Shown here in pieces: positions 13,560 to 30,537 of a stretch of DNA of 64,000 nucleotides. Origin of the DNA: Eledone cirrhosa (Eukaryota); the NCBI GenBank assembly GCA_964016885.1, contig OZ024743.1:144522001-144586000 (forward strand). The letters run 5' to 3'. The position numbers and the translations under genes were made by a program. Under the pieces are notes generated by a model, which searched no databases, had not been told where the DNA came from, and was given only the letters and a program-made list of their open reading frames with translations. Within the stretch, counting starts at the first letter, position 1. Every line of letters starts with the position of its first letter.

Positions 13560-16500
13560 TCCCTGAGTCCAGTAAGACGACCTCTCTAGTGTTGGTGGCA
13601 CGAATAAAATCACCTCGTCCTTGCTGTAAAATGGAGCGGTAAAGAGGGCCCCTGAGTCCGGTAAGACAACCTCTCTAGTGCTGGTAGCACGAATAAAAGC
13701 ACGCAGTCCATGCTGTAAAGTAATCCTGGTGTTAGGAAGGGCATCCAACCAGTATATATACTACTGCCAAACGCAGTAGTATATATATATGAACGCAACG
13801 AATGAAATTTGCAACAACTGCGTAAACAGCAATAACACTAACCATGTTAGGGCTGCGCACGGTAGTGGGGTGGCTGGTACGGCCATGTGCGAGAACCCCC
13901 CCGACCGTCATCAAGCAATCGCACAAAAACAACTGCGTAAATAGCAATAACATTAACCATGTTAAGGCTGCGCACGGTAGTGGGCTGGCTAGTGAGGCCA
14001 TATGTGAGAACCCCACGACCGTCATCAAGCAATCGCACAGCAGGAAAAAGAACGAGACGTCGCATCTCAGAGTTGCTACACTTAATGTTGACACTCTAAC
14101 AGGTATATCTGGTGAGATAGCGGAGATGCTGGAGAGAAGGCATGTGGATGTGTGCTGTGTGCAAGAGGTGAGATGGAGAGGTGCCTCTGCAAGACTAATC
14201 GCAGGCAAACATCGTATTTATAAGCGGTTCTGGGTGGGTAATGATGATGAGTTAGGTGGGGTGGGAATATTACTGGCTGAGAGATGGATCAATAAGACAA
14301 TAGAGGTAGTTAGAGTTAGTGATAGAATAATTAAGCTTAGATTAGTTGTAGGCAAGAGACTACTGACAATCATCTCTGCCTATTCTCCCCCAGGCAGGCC
14401 TGGGTAAAGAAGAGCAAGACTGCTTTTACGGGCAACTTTTACAAACAGCCCCAATGACAGAGGACAAAGACATAGTTATGCTAGCAGGGGACTTCAATGG
14501 ACATGTTGGACAGCTCCAGGATGGATCCACTGGGGTACATGTTGGGCACGGTTACGGCTCAAGAAATGAAGGAGTGAGGCTTCTCGAATTTTGTGATGCA
14601 AATGCACTAACCATTTGCAACACTAACTTCCAGAAACCTACCAACCACCTAATAACCTACAAATCGGGCGAATACGTAAGCCAGATTGACTTCCTGCTAG
14701 TTAGACAGCGAGTCAGACAGATGGTGTCAAATACTAAGGCATACCCTGGGGAAGAATACCCTACAGCATAGGTTAGTCGTTAGTGACATCTCAGTAAGCA
14801 TGAGAAAGAATGAGACATACAGGAAGGTGTGGAAAAGAAAAGTCTCGAAGCTAAAAGACCTTTCATTAAAATATAAATTTAGCAAAGCCTTTCAAGACGT
14901 GTATGACGAAAAAGAAGACGATTTACAGTTGTATGACATAGATGATAACTGGAATTTCTTGCGTGACAACTTACTGCAGGCTATTGAAGAAACTTGTGGT
15001 TGGAGCAGAGCTTCAACCAGATAGAGAGTGACCTGGTGGTGGAACAGTACGGTAGATAGGGCCATTAGAGACAAAAGACTGGCATGGAAGGCTTGGAAAA
15101 AGGGTGGGAGTAGGAAAGGATATACAGCCGCTAAAAGAGAAGCTAGACGTCAGGTGTACTTAGCACGCAGGGAGGCTGAGAGTAGGAGGTTTGCCAATGT
15201 TCTGCGACGGGAAGATCAGAGACGTGCGGTGTTCCGCATTGCAAGGCAGTGTGTCAGTGCAAATCAGGATGTTGGAGATAAGTGTGTCCGGAATGATGCC
15301 GGTGTACTTAGTGTCACGAATGATTAAAAAAAGGAGGCCTGGAAATGTCACTATGAGAAACTGATGAATGTGGAGAATGAATGCGACAGAGAGAAATTAC
15401 CCTCAGTAGACCCAACAGAGGGATCAGCTATTGAGATTGACGAATATATGGTACACGAGGCAATTAAGGAAATGAAGAATGGTAAGGCTGCTGGACCGTC
15501 GGGGATAGTTGCTGAGATGCTGAAGGCATCAGGAGAAGTAGGCACTAAACTGGTTGCACGCATCATCATATCAAGCTATATATGGAAGTGTCATACCCAA
15601 AGACTGGTGCAGCAGTATTCCTATAAATTGCTACAAAGGTAAAGGGAATACTCTAGAGAGGAGCAATTATAGGGGCATAAAGCTGATGGATCAGGTTATG
15701 AATGTGGTAGAGAGAATATTAGCGCAACTGGTTAGAGAGAGGGTCAAATTAAATGAAATGCAGTTTGGTTTTGTGTCCCGGAAAAGTACAACAGATGCCC
15801 TCTTCTTAGTGAGGCAACTCAAGAGAAGGTCTTAGAGAAGAATAAGCCACTATACTTAGCTTTTGTTGACCTAGAGAAGGCCTTTGATAGGGTACCCCGA
15901 TCTGTCATCTGGTGGTCCCTAAGGAAACTAGGTGTAGAGGAATGGCTTGTGAAGACAGTGCAAGCTATGTACAGGGGTGCTGTCAGTAAAGTGAGAGTAG
16001 GCATGGAGTTTAGTGAGGAATTCTAGATACAAGTAGGTGTACATCAGGGTTCGGTCCTCAGCCCGCTCTTGTTCATTATAGTCCTCCAAGCCATAACAGA
16101 GGAGTTTAAAACTTGGATGCCCATGGGAACTTCTCTATGCTGATGATCTGGTTCTTATAGAAGAATCAGTAAAGGAGCTAGAGAATAAATTCTGGCTATG
16201 GAAACAGCAGTTGGAATCAAGAGGCCTGAGAGTGAACATAGCTAAGACAAAAGTGTTGATAAGAAGAAGAGAGGACAATACTCTGGTTCCATCAGGGAAA
16301 TGACCATGTTCGATATGTAGGAAAGGAACTGGCATACATTCCATAAAATGTACGCAATGTAGATCTTGTATACACAAGAGACGTAGTGGGATAGCAGGCA
16401 AACTAACAGGTAGGGAAAACTACGTATGCAGTAGATGTACAGGGAAAGTTAGCAGTAGTAATCGTAGTGCTAGACACATTTTTCCAATGCAGGTGGGTTC

Positions 16501-17111
16501 TATAGAAGTTCTTGATAGCTTCCGGTACCTAGGAGATCAGATTAGCATGGGAGGGGGGGTGTTTCGAACCATAGTGTCTAGAATAAGGACGGGCTGGAAG
16601 AAGTTTAGGGAGCTGCTTCCTCTGTTGACAAAGAAGGGTTTCTCCCTGCGTACGAAAGGCCGGTTATATGATGCCTGTGTGAAATGAGCGATGCTGCATG
16701 GTAGTGAGACATGGACAGCAACTGCAGAGGATATGCGACGGCTCGAGAGAAATGAAGCAAGTATGCTCCGTTGGATGTACAATGTCAATGTGAGTGAACG
16801 ACCAAGCATAGACGAGTTGAGAAAGAAACTGGGTATAAGAGGGATAAGTTGTGGTGTGCAGGAGAGACGGCTGAGATGGTATGGACATGTGATGCGCATG
16901 GAGGATGACCGCTGGGTAAAGAAGTGCCAAGAAATCCCAGAAGGAAGACGCAGTAGAGGAATACCACGAAAAACATGGGCGGAGGTGGTGAGAGCACACC
17001 TCAGATCGCTGAAACTCACGGAGGAGATGACGAAGGACCGTGGCAAGTGAAGAGATGGTGTGCTGAATAGGACCCGTCCAACCCTTGCAAGAAGGGAAAA
17101 GTGGACGTAAA

Positions 17112-17160
<49 letters not shown>
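13560..17160 (+). mobile_element. Near full-length decayed RTE-clade LINE
   Basis: APE motifs (ATLNV, CVQEVRW, AGDFNGHVG, QIDF); RT motifs (FVDLEKAFD, HQGSVLSP, LYADDL); RLRWYGHVMRM C-terminus; (ATG)n tail at 17112-17160. Many stops and frameshifts. Confidence 0.93.
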
Positions 17161-17161
<1 letters not shown>

Positions 17162-17762
17162 ATATATATATATATATATATATATTGGTAAACGGAATAG
17201 AAAATGCTGACAAATTGTTCACAGTTGAAAAATGGTTTAATTAGGAATAAAAGAGTATTAGTAATTGTATGGGTTAGTATTCAGTTGTGGTTTTAAGTTT
17301 TTAAGTTTTTACCGGTTGCGCATTTCTAAATGCTTTTCAAAAATAATTTTGAGATAGAGTGTCCGTGTTGTTTGCTCTGATCTGATTAGTTTTGGGAATT
17401 CTACCTCTTTTTATGTTAAAAATTGGCTCCAGCGCTAGTTTAGTGTTGCAAAAATTCTTGTGGTCAAAACAATTTTGATTGGTCGGTAGAGGTCATGTGA
17501 ATGTAAAAAATTGATTTTGCGCCAAGACTGTTTTTATGTTAAAAAAGTGGCTCCAGCGCTACTTGGTGTTTGCAAAAATTCTTGTGGTCAAAACAATTTT
17601 GATTGGTCGGTAGAGGTCATGTGAATAAAAAATTGATTTTTCGCCAAGACTGAGAAATGACTCTTTCACAACAAATATGTGTGTATGTATGTAGTAGTAG
17701 TAAGGTGTTTGATGTTGTGATAATGGTTAGCAGGGATGTGTGTCAAATGGCTATTAAGATAA

Positions 17763-17841
<79 letters not shown>

Positions 17842-18037
17842 GCAGAGTAATTCGTGGTAGCAGGGATGGTCAATAGGAATGTGTCTGTAAGCAGTGGGGG
17901 GTATTTTAGCAGGTCAAAAGATATTTTTCAGCTTTTGTCTTATACGGAGAAGTGTGTGTGTGTGTGTATAAGTCTCTTTGTATTTTAATGTACGCGTGTG
18001 TATGTGTGTATATATATGTGTGTGTGTGTGTGTGAGA

Positions 18038-18089
<52 letters not shown>

Positions 18090-19229
18090 ACCAGTATTTT
18101 TTCTTATATATATATATATATATATATATAAGGGATAACAAAATATCGTTATAGGTAATCCAGTTAGAGGTTATCAATACTTCATATTATTTTAGCGTAC
18201 GGCGTTGTTTGACTCAACAAGAGGTTTACGTAGGTGGCGAGTTTATGATATCTCTTGTATTCCTATGTAAGTTTATCTTGGAGTAATGATATTGAAAGAG
18301 TGAAGAATAACATGGTCAACAGTACAAAAAAGGGTTTTATTTACAGTCTGATAATTGTTTCACTGATTAAGTTGTCTAAAAATTGCTGAACAAGTAGTGT
18401 CACTCAATTTTAAATATGTTGTTAGCTTAACCAGATCATCGGAGATAAATAACTGGTATATGTTCAGTATTTTTACGAATTCAAATTACAGCATCATTAA
18501 TAATATAAATAATAAAGATAGAGAGAGAAAAAAGAAACAGAGATAGAGAGAAGAAAGAAATAAAAATTAAAAAAATAGAAAGGAGAAAGGAAAACAGAGA
18601 AAGATATAGAGAAAAAAGACAGAGAGAAAAGAGGAGAGAAAGAGGAGAGAAAAGGATAAAGAAGAAATAAAGGTAAATAAAAATAAAAATAAAAATAAAG
18701 GGAAAATAATGATATCAACAATAAATGAATAAATGCTAATAAATAAGTGCAAATAAACAAGTTACATCAAGGATGATACAAACAATACAAAATATGAAAA
18801 TAAATAAATAAAAAATGTTTATATGTGCGAAGAAAAGTAAACATAGTAAGATTATTGAGGGTAGTTGAGATACGAAGGTATAAACATGAAAATGTTAAAT
18901 ATATTTATGTGTGTATTGATTATTTTAATAAATTAATTATATAATTAATTAATTGCAAGTTATATTAGAAGTGAAAATAATGCGATAAGATAAAATGCAA
19001 GAGATGAAATAAACTTAGGGAGAGAAATAGAAAGACAGAAAGTGAAAGTGAGAGATATATAAAATATAAATATAAAATATAAAAGGTTATGATGTTGGTT
19101 CATTGATAGATGATGACAATTATAATAATAATGATGATAATAGGATATTATAATAGATCTAAGTGGTACAATTTGAGTTATGGAATAGATGGGAGGAATT
19201 AAGTTAGTCTAAAGTTATCAAATTTGGTC

Positions 19230-19640
19230 GCCGTTTTATAGTTCTTTCAATTTTGCTGTTAAGTAGCATTTTGTATTTTAAAATTTGGAATAGCTCCATA
19301 TTACAAAGACTACAGCGGGACATGCCAATTCTATAGACTATTGCCGTTGATAACTTCGTCCAGCTGATTCTGTATTCCTGGTTTGCATCTTGAATTGCCA
19401 GATTTTATTGGCGAGTGTTGTATTCATAATCTTCCTGTTATTTATAGAGTGTCTGTGGACATACCACCTTTTCTTGAACTTCCCCGCTGTGGAACCTATG
19501 TAGTGCCATGCTAAGCTGCCTGAATTTATAGTACATAGGTACACTATATTTGACTCCAGGCATCTATTTTGTAATGTGCATTTATCAGGTAGATGACAGT
19601 TACATTTTGATGCCTTCCTATGTGCTGGTTCCTCGATATG
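19230..19640 (-). mobile_element. Penelope-like GIY-YIG endonuclease fragment
   Basis: CNC..C.LQNRCLESNIVY...YIGSTAGKFKKRWYVH, followed by a CSLC-like remnant. Confidence 0.85.
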
Positions 19641-19945
19641 GTTTTGTATGTTGCTATGTATGGGCTGTATATATATATATATACCTATGCAAATATGTTT
19701 CATTAGCTCATAAACATAAGCAAGAATTTATAAGATTCTACATTACTTTAAATTTAGCAAAAACACTGAGATGAGATATGTATTCTCTATAAAGCCTAAT
19801 GATTGAGAAACGATGGTATTGTCGATGACTTCCCCCTGATTTTGGTGAGGTGAGATAGGTAACGATGGTCAAACCTTCAAAATTCAGAGCGAAAAGCCTT
19901 CAAATATTTTTTTAAAACATCCCGTATAATATTCAACACGAATAC

Positions 19946-20066
<121 letters not shown>

Positions 20067-20115
20067 CGTGCGTGTGTATGTATATAGTTATATAGCAGAC
20101 GTAAAAATATATATA

Positions 20116-20640
20116 CAAATCTCAATGCCGTTGCGGGGCGGTCGTTGACAAGTTCGGCCTTCACCCAGTCATACCGCCAGAGCCCAGGCCGGTTCCTCTG
20201 ACACGCGGCTCTGGATTCTCATCACAACTGGAGCCAGCAGGCCTTGACCATGGAGACGGCAAGACCCACGATGGAATTGCCCTTTTCCCATTCGAGGGAG
20301 GTAAATCCCTCATCTGGGACGCCACATGTTGTGACAAGTTTCCCACCTCCAACTTAGTCGCTTCGGCCACAAACCGCGGTACTGCGGCTCTCAATGCAGA
20401 GGAAAGGAAGATAAACAAACACCGGAGATTGTCCGGTCGCTTCCTGTTCGCACCGGTCACCATCGAGTCCTCAGGCCTACTTGGACCTCGTATTGCCGTG
20501 CTCCTCAGCGGCCCGTCTGAGGACGGAGCCCCACGAGGTGGGGAGGCTGTTGCAGCAGGTGTTGCTGACCATTGTCCGTGGGAATGCTTTTGCAGTCATG
20601 TCCACGGGCGCAGCCCCATTAACGCCACACCCTATGCCTA
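20116..20640 (+). mobile_element. Second CRE-like restriction-like endonuclease fragment
   Basis: EPAGLDHGDGKTHDGIALFPFEGGKSLIWDATCCD.. and LTIVRGNA; paralogous to 1980-2370. Confidence 0.75.
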
Positions 20641-21165
20641 GAGCCCCCCCCCCTCATTTTTCTGTGACACTAGAGTCCTTGCCTTTCTCTTCCTTTTCCC
20701 TCTTTATATTTTCTTATTTTACATTCCATTCTTTCTTCTCAATCTATTTTTTTTCCTTTTTCTATTAAATTGTTTTTACTTACAATTCATTCCTCCTAAA
20801 GTTAGTGAAAAATTAGTTAAAATTCCGACTCTTTTCGAGATTAAAGTACCAAATTAACTACGAGAGACTTTCCTTACTGCATATTTTTACGAACCACAGT
20901 AGGAATTTTGTCAGTCGTACCAATCTTCATCCATACACGCGGTGTATTGAGTCCTTTCAATTTCTTGTCAATAAGAGAATTATCTCTATGTTTAAATATT
21001 ATTGTCTGAGAAAAAGTTATAATTGTTAGGAAAAGAAAGTTGGAAAGAGAGATTTAAACACAGAGCAAATATACTGAAATTTAAAGACGGAAAAATTACC
21101 TTTTATAACATTTACAAAAAATTTAAAATGAAATTTTTCCATTGATACATTTCATTATATATACT

Positions 21166-21344
21166 TGGATTGGCAGTATCGGTAGAGGGTCGGACGCCAT
21201 GCTTTCCAGCATAGTTACGTCCCATTACGATCTGAGTTCAAATCCCGCAGAGGTTGACTTTGCCTTTCATCCTTACAGGGTCGATAAAATAAAGTACCAG
21301 TAATGCACTGTGTAATTGCTGGCCTTGTGCCTAACGTAGAAACA
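21166..21344 (+). mobile_element. tRNA-derived SINE
   Basis: Same family as the 4549 copy. Confidence 0.87.
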
Positions 21345-21749
21345 ATTATATATATTTACTAAACAAAATCAAGAAGGCCGGAATGGAAATTTTGCTTTAG
21401 AATTTTGATTCCGTGATACCACCATACATATTTCGAGGGACCATCTCCATCATCCCATTATGATGCAAAACAGGCCGATCTCATCAGGCGACATCAACAG
21501 AATTACTTTAAAGGGTTACGTTGAACCCAGGCAGAGAATAGACGTTGAATATAAAAGAGAATAGGAAATTTAAATTAAAAATTCTTTTCAGAGACGACTG
21601 CCTGTAAAAAAAGCTGTTATATTGGCTATCCCCAAAAAGAATTTACAATTTTCTATTCTCTTTGCATGATTAAATGACAAAAGTAAGGTGTAAAATGATT
21701 TCGTCATTAACAGAGATATATAAATGATGTAACTGTTTTGTTCTTTCAG

Positions 21750-21860
21750 TTGATCCATGTAGTAGCAATCCATGCAAGAACGGAGCTAAATGTACAAACA
21801 AAGGAAATAAATTCCAATGTGAATGTCTTCCAGGTTACAGAGGAGACGACTGTTCCATTG
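21750..21860 (+). CDS. Array EGF exon 1 (RGD)
   Basis: ctttcAG|TT GAT CCA ... ATT G|GTCAGT; (V)[36 protein letters not shown]. Confidence 0.92.
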
Positions 21861-22008
21861 GTCAGTATTGTAAATCATAGTGATGCACTAAAAAGTGAAT
21901 AAAAATGTCGCATATTCATATAGAAAGATTTCACATGTTGTCTTTATATTTATATCTATATATATATGTGTGTGTGTATGTATGTATATGTATAGTTCTA
22001 TACATGTG

Positions 22009-22131
<123 letters not shown>

Positions 22132-23570
22132 AAATATCTATATCTATATATACCTATATATATAGTTTTATATAGTAAGGTGCATTATTGGTTGTGTAAA
22201 ATGGTCCAATAAATTTATGTTAGCAATATTAAGTTCTCTACGCTTTTGTATATCTCCAATTCTGTTCAAGGGAACAGCTAGATGATGAGAAAAATAACGA
22301 TGTTCTCTCACAGAATTCATTCGGAATTTAAGGATAGGTGGTATAATCACCGCCCTACCTTTAATAGATTAGATTTAAAAAAAATAGCACGGCACTTTCT
22401 GAATTAGTCTAGAAGCTTAAATATCAGAATATAGAGCACTCCTTATCCTGGTGCATAGTTTGCTCAGCCCAACATTATGACGGCAGCACTGGCGTCTGCA
22501 ATTTATGTGTAGCTGAAACCTTTAATATTATTAGAAGCGGCCCCCATTAATTAATAGGAGAGCTGATTTTTTCAGCAACTGCCAACATAGAACCTCGAAA
22601 ACTTTCCGCAGGATTTTTGGAAGGTAACCTACCACTAACTCTTCCCTCTCTACTTTAGCCATAGAGTTCTCTCAATAAACAGACAGTCACACACTCAGGT
22701 AGTTAGACGGCTAAGATTGTTTGCGCACTTACAAACGATAATCGGCCTGTTTCCACGGAGTTCTCACAGCTGAGTGCACTTTTTTAGAATACCTAGCTAG
22801 TAAATAGTTAGATTGATTACACACTTAGAATACCTAGTTAGTAATTGATTGCACCCAGAGGCATGACCGATTACGCGCACCTATCTTTACTTTAAGATAC
22901 CCTAACAATTGAGTTCTCTCAGTTGGGCTATAGCTAGTCGTAATACACACTTAGTTAGGACCAGTTACGCTCTCTTTACATAACTCTACACACAGTACCT
23001 GTTTCCTTTAGACATTGAGCTCCCACAATTGCGACTGTCACGTCCCTACCGATTGAACACTACACTAGGTCTTGATCCGTGATCATCTAACCATGGAGGA
23101 CTCACTGTTACGGATTGAACAATAATACTTACACACCATTAATGGGCCTACACACATCCTCTGGATTTTACTATCCTGTGTTTTTTTACTTCACCTTCTG
23201 TGTTGGATAACACACCTCCAACACTCAAACAACTATCTTAAAAGTTCATTGGCCCATTTGACGGGAAATCGCACTTACTGACGCATCTACCCAATACCCA
23301 ACCCTACACGGAGCCCCTGCTGGCCTACATTGTGGTTGCTTGCACGTACAGCACGTACAGATTTGGTGAGTCGGATTCTCAATGGGACTGCGGTACATAC
23401 TGAGTTCGATATGAGCTGATTGCTTGCTCTTCACATGGATGTGTATATACCCAGACATACCATTTTTTGGACGATACGGCTGTGTATATACCATAACATA
23501 CTCTTGAGGATATCGATGTTACAATTCAATCTATACACGTATAGCAGAACACTGAACTAAACTTACTTGC

Positions 23571-23673
<103 letters not shown>

Positions 23674-24180
23674 GTGGGTATGGAGCGTTTGTTAACCCAA
23701 TATTTCCAATTTACATCGTCAAATTGAGATTTGACCAATGTAGCATCTGTTGTTTTGTGAACTAACTTTCGGATAATGTTGTGTTGGTCCAGGCTTATAT
23801 TTGTTTTTCTTTTCTGACATCGCTTCGGTGTGTGTGAGAGTGTGTGTGTACCCACCCACACTAACTGTGACCTTTATAATTCTACAGGTTTGATACTGTG
23901 TTGATGTGTGTATATATATGTATATATTTTTTTCTTTGACCTCGAGCCGGTGTATGTTGGTGTGGAGTGTGTGTGTACCCACTCACATTAAGTATATCCC
24001 TACAGATTTGATTGATGTCCAGCGTCTTTTGCAGCGATAGAATTCTGACAACTTTTATGACCTCAACTGAAGTTAATAGCAGTCGCCGTGTCTCTCACTT
24101 GTGTGTCTTCATATGAGGGAATGGATTCTGTGAGAGAACATAGTTATTTTTCTCCCTCATATCAAGAATTTTAAGACAAC

Positions 24181-24268
24181 TCATTTTCACCTGATGAGAT
24201 CAGTGATAATCGATCACGGCTTCACAATTGATCTATCTCTTATTGAAACATGTGTCGTGATTAAATGA
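24181..24268 (+). ncRNA. Type I minimal hammerhead-like motif with intact core (also 38248-38335)
   Basis: UCAC-CUGAUGA-(stem II GAU..AUU)-GAAA-C-AUGU-G-UC-GUGA; stem I UCAC/GUGA extended by CAUUU/AAAUG. Confidence 0.65.
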
Positions 24269-25056
24269 TTGGAATTTTACCTTGCCTTCGGATATACCTA
24301 TATATATATATATTTATTTAAAATGTATCTTCGACATTGCTGTATACTTATATGTGTGTGAAGTTCGTATATCTAAAGATATACAGTATGATTAATAAAT
24401 AAATATTCTGAAAGCTCAGCTATGATTAGAAGGCTCGCGGCAAGTGCCGTCTAGCAGAATATAACATAAGCAGAGGAGGATATTAGTCTGTGGATTTTGA
24501 ACTTAATTCTTCACACCAGGACAATGTTTCCTCCTGCAAACTGCTGGATTTAAGACAGGCGAAAATATATACTTTTTTCGTCTGTGTAGTTGGGCTGATT
24601 AGCCTCATTTACATACGAAGCTGTGTAAGTTGCCTCAAGGTAAAATAGAATTAAAATTTACCTATGGCATAGCTGTATACATGTATTTATGTGAATTTTA
24701 TAAATATTTAGATATACAGTATATTTAATAAATAAACATTTTAAAAGCTCAGCTATGAATAGAAGGCCGACTGCAAGCGCCGTCTAGTGGAATCATGCAG
24801 TAGCAGCGGAGGACACATGTCTACACATTTCGAACTTAATGGTTCTAATCAGGACAATGGTTCCTCTTGCTTATTGCTATAATAAAGGACATAAAAGACG
24901 TAATACTGTCAATGATGGACTGCTATTACGAATTTATTTTACGTTTTACCAAATATATTAGTGGATCATTGCATGATTAATTGACAAGAGATAGGTGTGA
25001 TATTATTTAGTGATTAAGAGAGATATATAAATAATCTAACTGTTTTGTTCTTTCAG

Positions 25057-25167
25057 TTGATCCATGCAGTAGCAATCCATGCAAGAACGGAGCTAAATGT
25101 ACAAACAAAGGAAATAAATTCCAATGTGAATGTCTTCCAGGTTACAGAGGAAACGACTGTTCTATTG
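25057..25167 (+). CDS. Array EGF exon 2 (RGN)
   Basis: 111 bp, AG/GT intact, AGA GGA AAC GAC. Confidence 0.9.
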
Positions 25168-25305
25168 GTCAGTATTGGTATTTATAGTGATGCACTCATA
25201 AGTCTATAAAAATGTTGCATATTCATATAGAAAGATTTCACATGTCTTTATATTTATGTCTATATTTATGTGTGTGTGTATGTATGTTTATGTATAGTTC
25301 TATAC

Positions 25306-25365
<60 letters not shown>

Positions 25366-25550
25366 AAATGTCTATATCTATATATACCTATATATATAGT
25401 TGTTATATAGTAAGGTGCAATATTGGTTGTGTAAAATGGTCCAATAAATTTATGTTAGAAATATTAAGTTCTCCACGCTTTTGTATATCTCCAATTCCGT
25501 TCAAGGGAACAGCTAGATGATGTAAAACGGAGTATAAGTATCAAAATAAA

Positions 25551-27690
<2,140 letters not shown>

Positions 27691-28454
27691 ATACCTATAT
27701 ATATATATATTTATTTAAAATGTATCTTCGACATTGCTGTATACATATATGTGTGTGAAGTTCGTATATCTAAAGATATACAGTATGATTAATAAATAAA
27801 TATTCTGAAAGCTCAGCTATGATTAGAAGGCTCGCGGCAATTGCCGTCTAGCAGAATATAACAGAAGCAGAAGAGGATATTAGTCTGTGGATTTTGAACT
27901 TAATTCTTCACACCAGGACAATGTTTCCTTTTTGCAAAGTGCTGGACTTTAAGACAGGCGCAATATATACTTTTTTCGTGTGTGTAGTTGGGCTGATTAG
28001 CCTCATTTACATACGAAGCTGTGTAAGTTGCCTCAAGGTGAAATGGAATTAAAATTTACCTGTGGCATAGCTGTATACATGTATTCATGTGAATTTTAAA
28101 AATATTTAGATATACAGTATATTTAATAAATAAACATTTTAAAAGCCTAGCTGTGAATGGAAGGCCGACTGCAAGCGCCGTCTAGTGGAATCATGCAGTA
28201 GCAGCGGAGGACACATGTCTACATATTTCGAACTTAATGGTTCTAATCAGGACAATGGTTCCTCTTGCTTATTGCTATAATAAAAGACCTAAAAGACGTA
28301 ATACTGTCAATTATGGACTGCTATTACGAATTTATTTTACGTTTTACCAAACATATTCGTAGATGATTGCATAATTAATTGACAAGAGATAGGTGTGATA
28401 TTATTTAGTGATTAAGAGAGATATATAAATAATCTAACTGTTTTGTTCTTTCAG

Positions 28455-28565
28455 TTGATCCATGCAGTAGCAATCCATGCAAGAACGGAGCTAAATGTAC
28501 AAACAAAGGAAATAAATTCCAATGTGAATGTCTTCCAGGTTACAGAGGAGACGACTGTTCTATTG
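28455..28565 (+). CDS. Array EGF exon 3 (RGD)
   Basis: 111 bp, AG/GT intact, AGA GGA GAC GAC. Confidence 0.9.
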
Positions 28566-28710
28566 GTCAGTATTGGTATTTATAGTGATGCACTCATAAG
28601 TCTATAAAAATGTTGCATATTCATATAGAAAGATTTCACATGTTGTCTTTATATTTATGTCTATATTTATGTGTGTGTGTATGTATGTTTATGTATAATT
28701 CTATACATGT

Positions 28711-28770
<60 letters not shown>

Positions 28771-30369
28771 AAATGTCTATATCTATATATACCTATATGT
28801 ATATTTGTTATATAGTAAGGTGCATTATTGGTTGTGTAAAATGGTCCAATAAATTTATGTTAGCAATATTAAGTTCTCCACGCTTTTGTATATCTCCAAT
28901 TCCGTTCAAGGGAACAGCTAGATGATGTAAAACGGAGTATAAGTATCAAAATGAAAATCCGAAGGCAAGGTAAAATTCCAATCATTTAATCACGACACAT
29001 GTTTAAATAAGAGATAGATCGATTGTGAAGCCATGATCGATTATCACTGATCTCATCAGCTGAAAATGAGTTGTCTTAAAATTATTGATATGAGGGAGAA
29101 AAATAACGATGTTCTCTAACAGAATTCATTCGGAATTTAAGGATAGATGATATAATCCCCGCCATACCTTTAATAGATTAGATTAAAAAATAGCACGGCA
29201 CTTTCTGAATTAGTCTGAAAGCTTAAATGTCAGAATATAGAGCACTCCTTATCCTGGTCCATAGTTTGCTCAGCCCAACCTTACAACGGCAGCACTGGCG
29301 TCTGCAATTTATGTATAGCTGAAACCTTTAATATTATCAGAGGCGGCCCCTTATTAATTAATAGAAGAGCTGATTTTTTTCAGCAACTGCCAACATAGAA
29401 CCTCGAAAACTTTCCACAGGATTTTTGGAAGGTAACCTACCACTAACTCCTCCCTCTGTAATTTAGCCATAGAGTTCTCTCAATAAACAGACAGTCACAC
29501 ACTCAGGTAGTTAGACGGCTAAGATTGATTGCGCACTTACAAACGAAACTCGGCCTGTTTCCACGGAGTTCTCACAGCTGAGTGCACTTTTTTAGAATAC
29601 CTAGCTAGTAAATAGTTAGATTGATTACACACTTAGAATACCTAGTTAGTAATTGATTGCACCCAGAGGCATGACCGATTACGCGCACCTAAATTTACTT
29701 TAAGGTACCCTAACCATTGAGTTCTCTCAGTTGGTCTATAGCTAGTCGTATTACACACTTAGTTAGGACCAGTTACGCTCTCTATACATAACTCTACACG
29801 CAGTACCCGTTTCCTTTAGATATTGAGCTCCCACAATTGCGACTGTCACGTCCCTACCGACTGAACACTACACTAGGTCTTGATCCGTGATCATCTAACC
29901 ATGGAGAACTCACTGTTACGGATTGAACAATAATACTTACACACCATTAATGGGCCTACACACATCCTCTGGATTTTACTATCCTGTGCTTTTTTACTTC
30001 ACCTTCTGTGTTGGATAACACACCTCCAACACTCAAACAACTATCTTAAAAGTTCATTGGCCCATTTGACGGGAAATTGCACTTACTGACGCATTTACCC
30101 AATACCCAACCCTACACGGAGCCCCTGCTGGCCTACATTGTGGTTTCTTGCACGTACGGATTTGGTGACTCGGATTCTCAATGGGACTGCGGTACATACT
30201 GAGTTCGATATGAGCTGATTGCTTGCTCTTCACATGGATGTGTATATACCCAGACATACCCTTTTTTGGACGATACGGATGTGTATATACCATAACATAC
30301 ACTTGAGGATATGGCTGTTACAATTCAATCTATACACGTATAGCAGAATACTGAACTGAACTTACTTGC

Positions 30370-30471
<102 letters not shown>

Positions 30472-30483
30472 GTGCGCGCGTGC

Positions 30484-30537
<54 letters not shown>

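Noticed and set aside
13560-13702. HDV-like ribozyme in the duplicated ~50-bp RTE 5' region
   Set aside because: The nested double pseudoknot could not be built by eye; a motif search would be needed.
18497-18760. Hydrophobic membrane-protein-like ORFs
   Set aside because: Low-complexity purine-rich simple sequence.
23246-23494. 82-85 aa minus-strand ORF recurring in every long unit
   Set aside because: Recurrence follows from recent duplication. It has no recognisable domain and lies in the non-coding part of the retroelement remnant.
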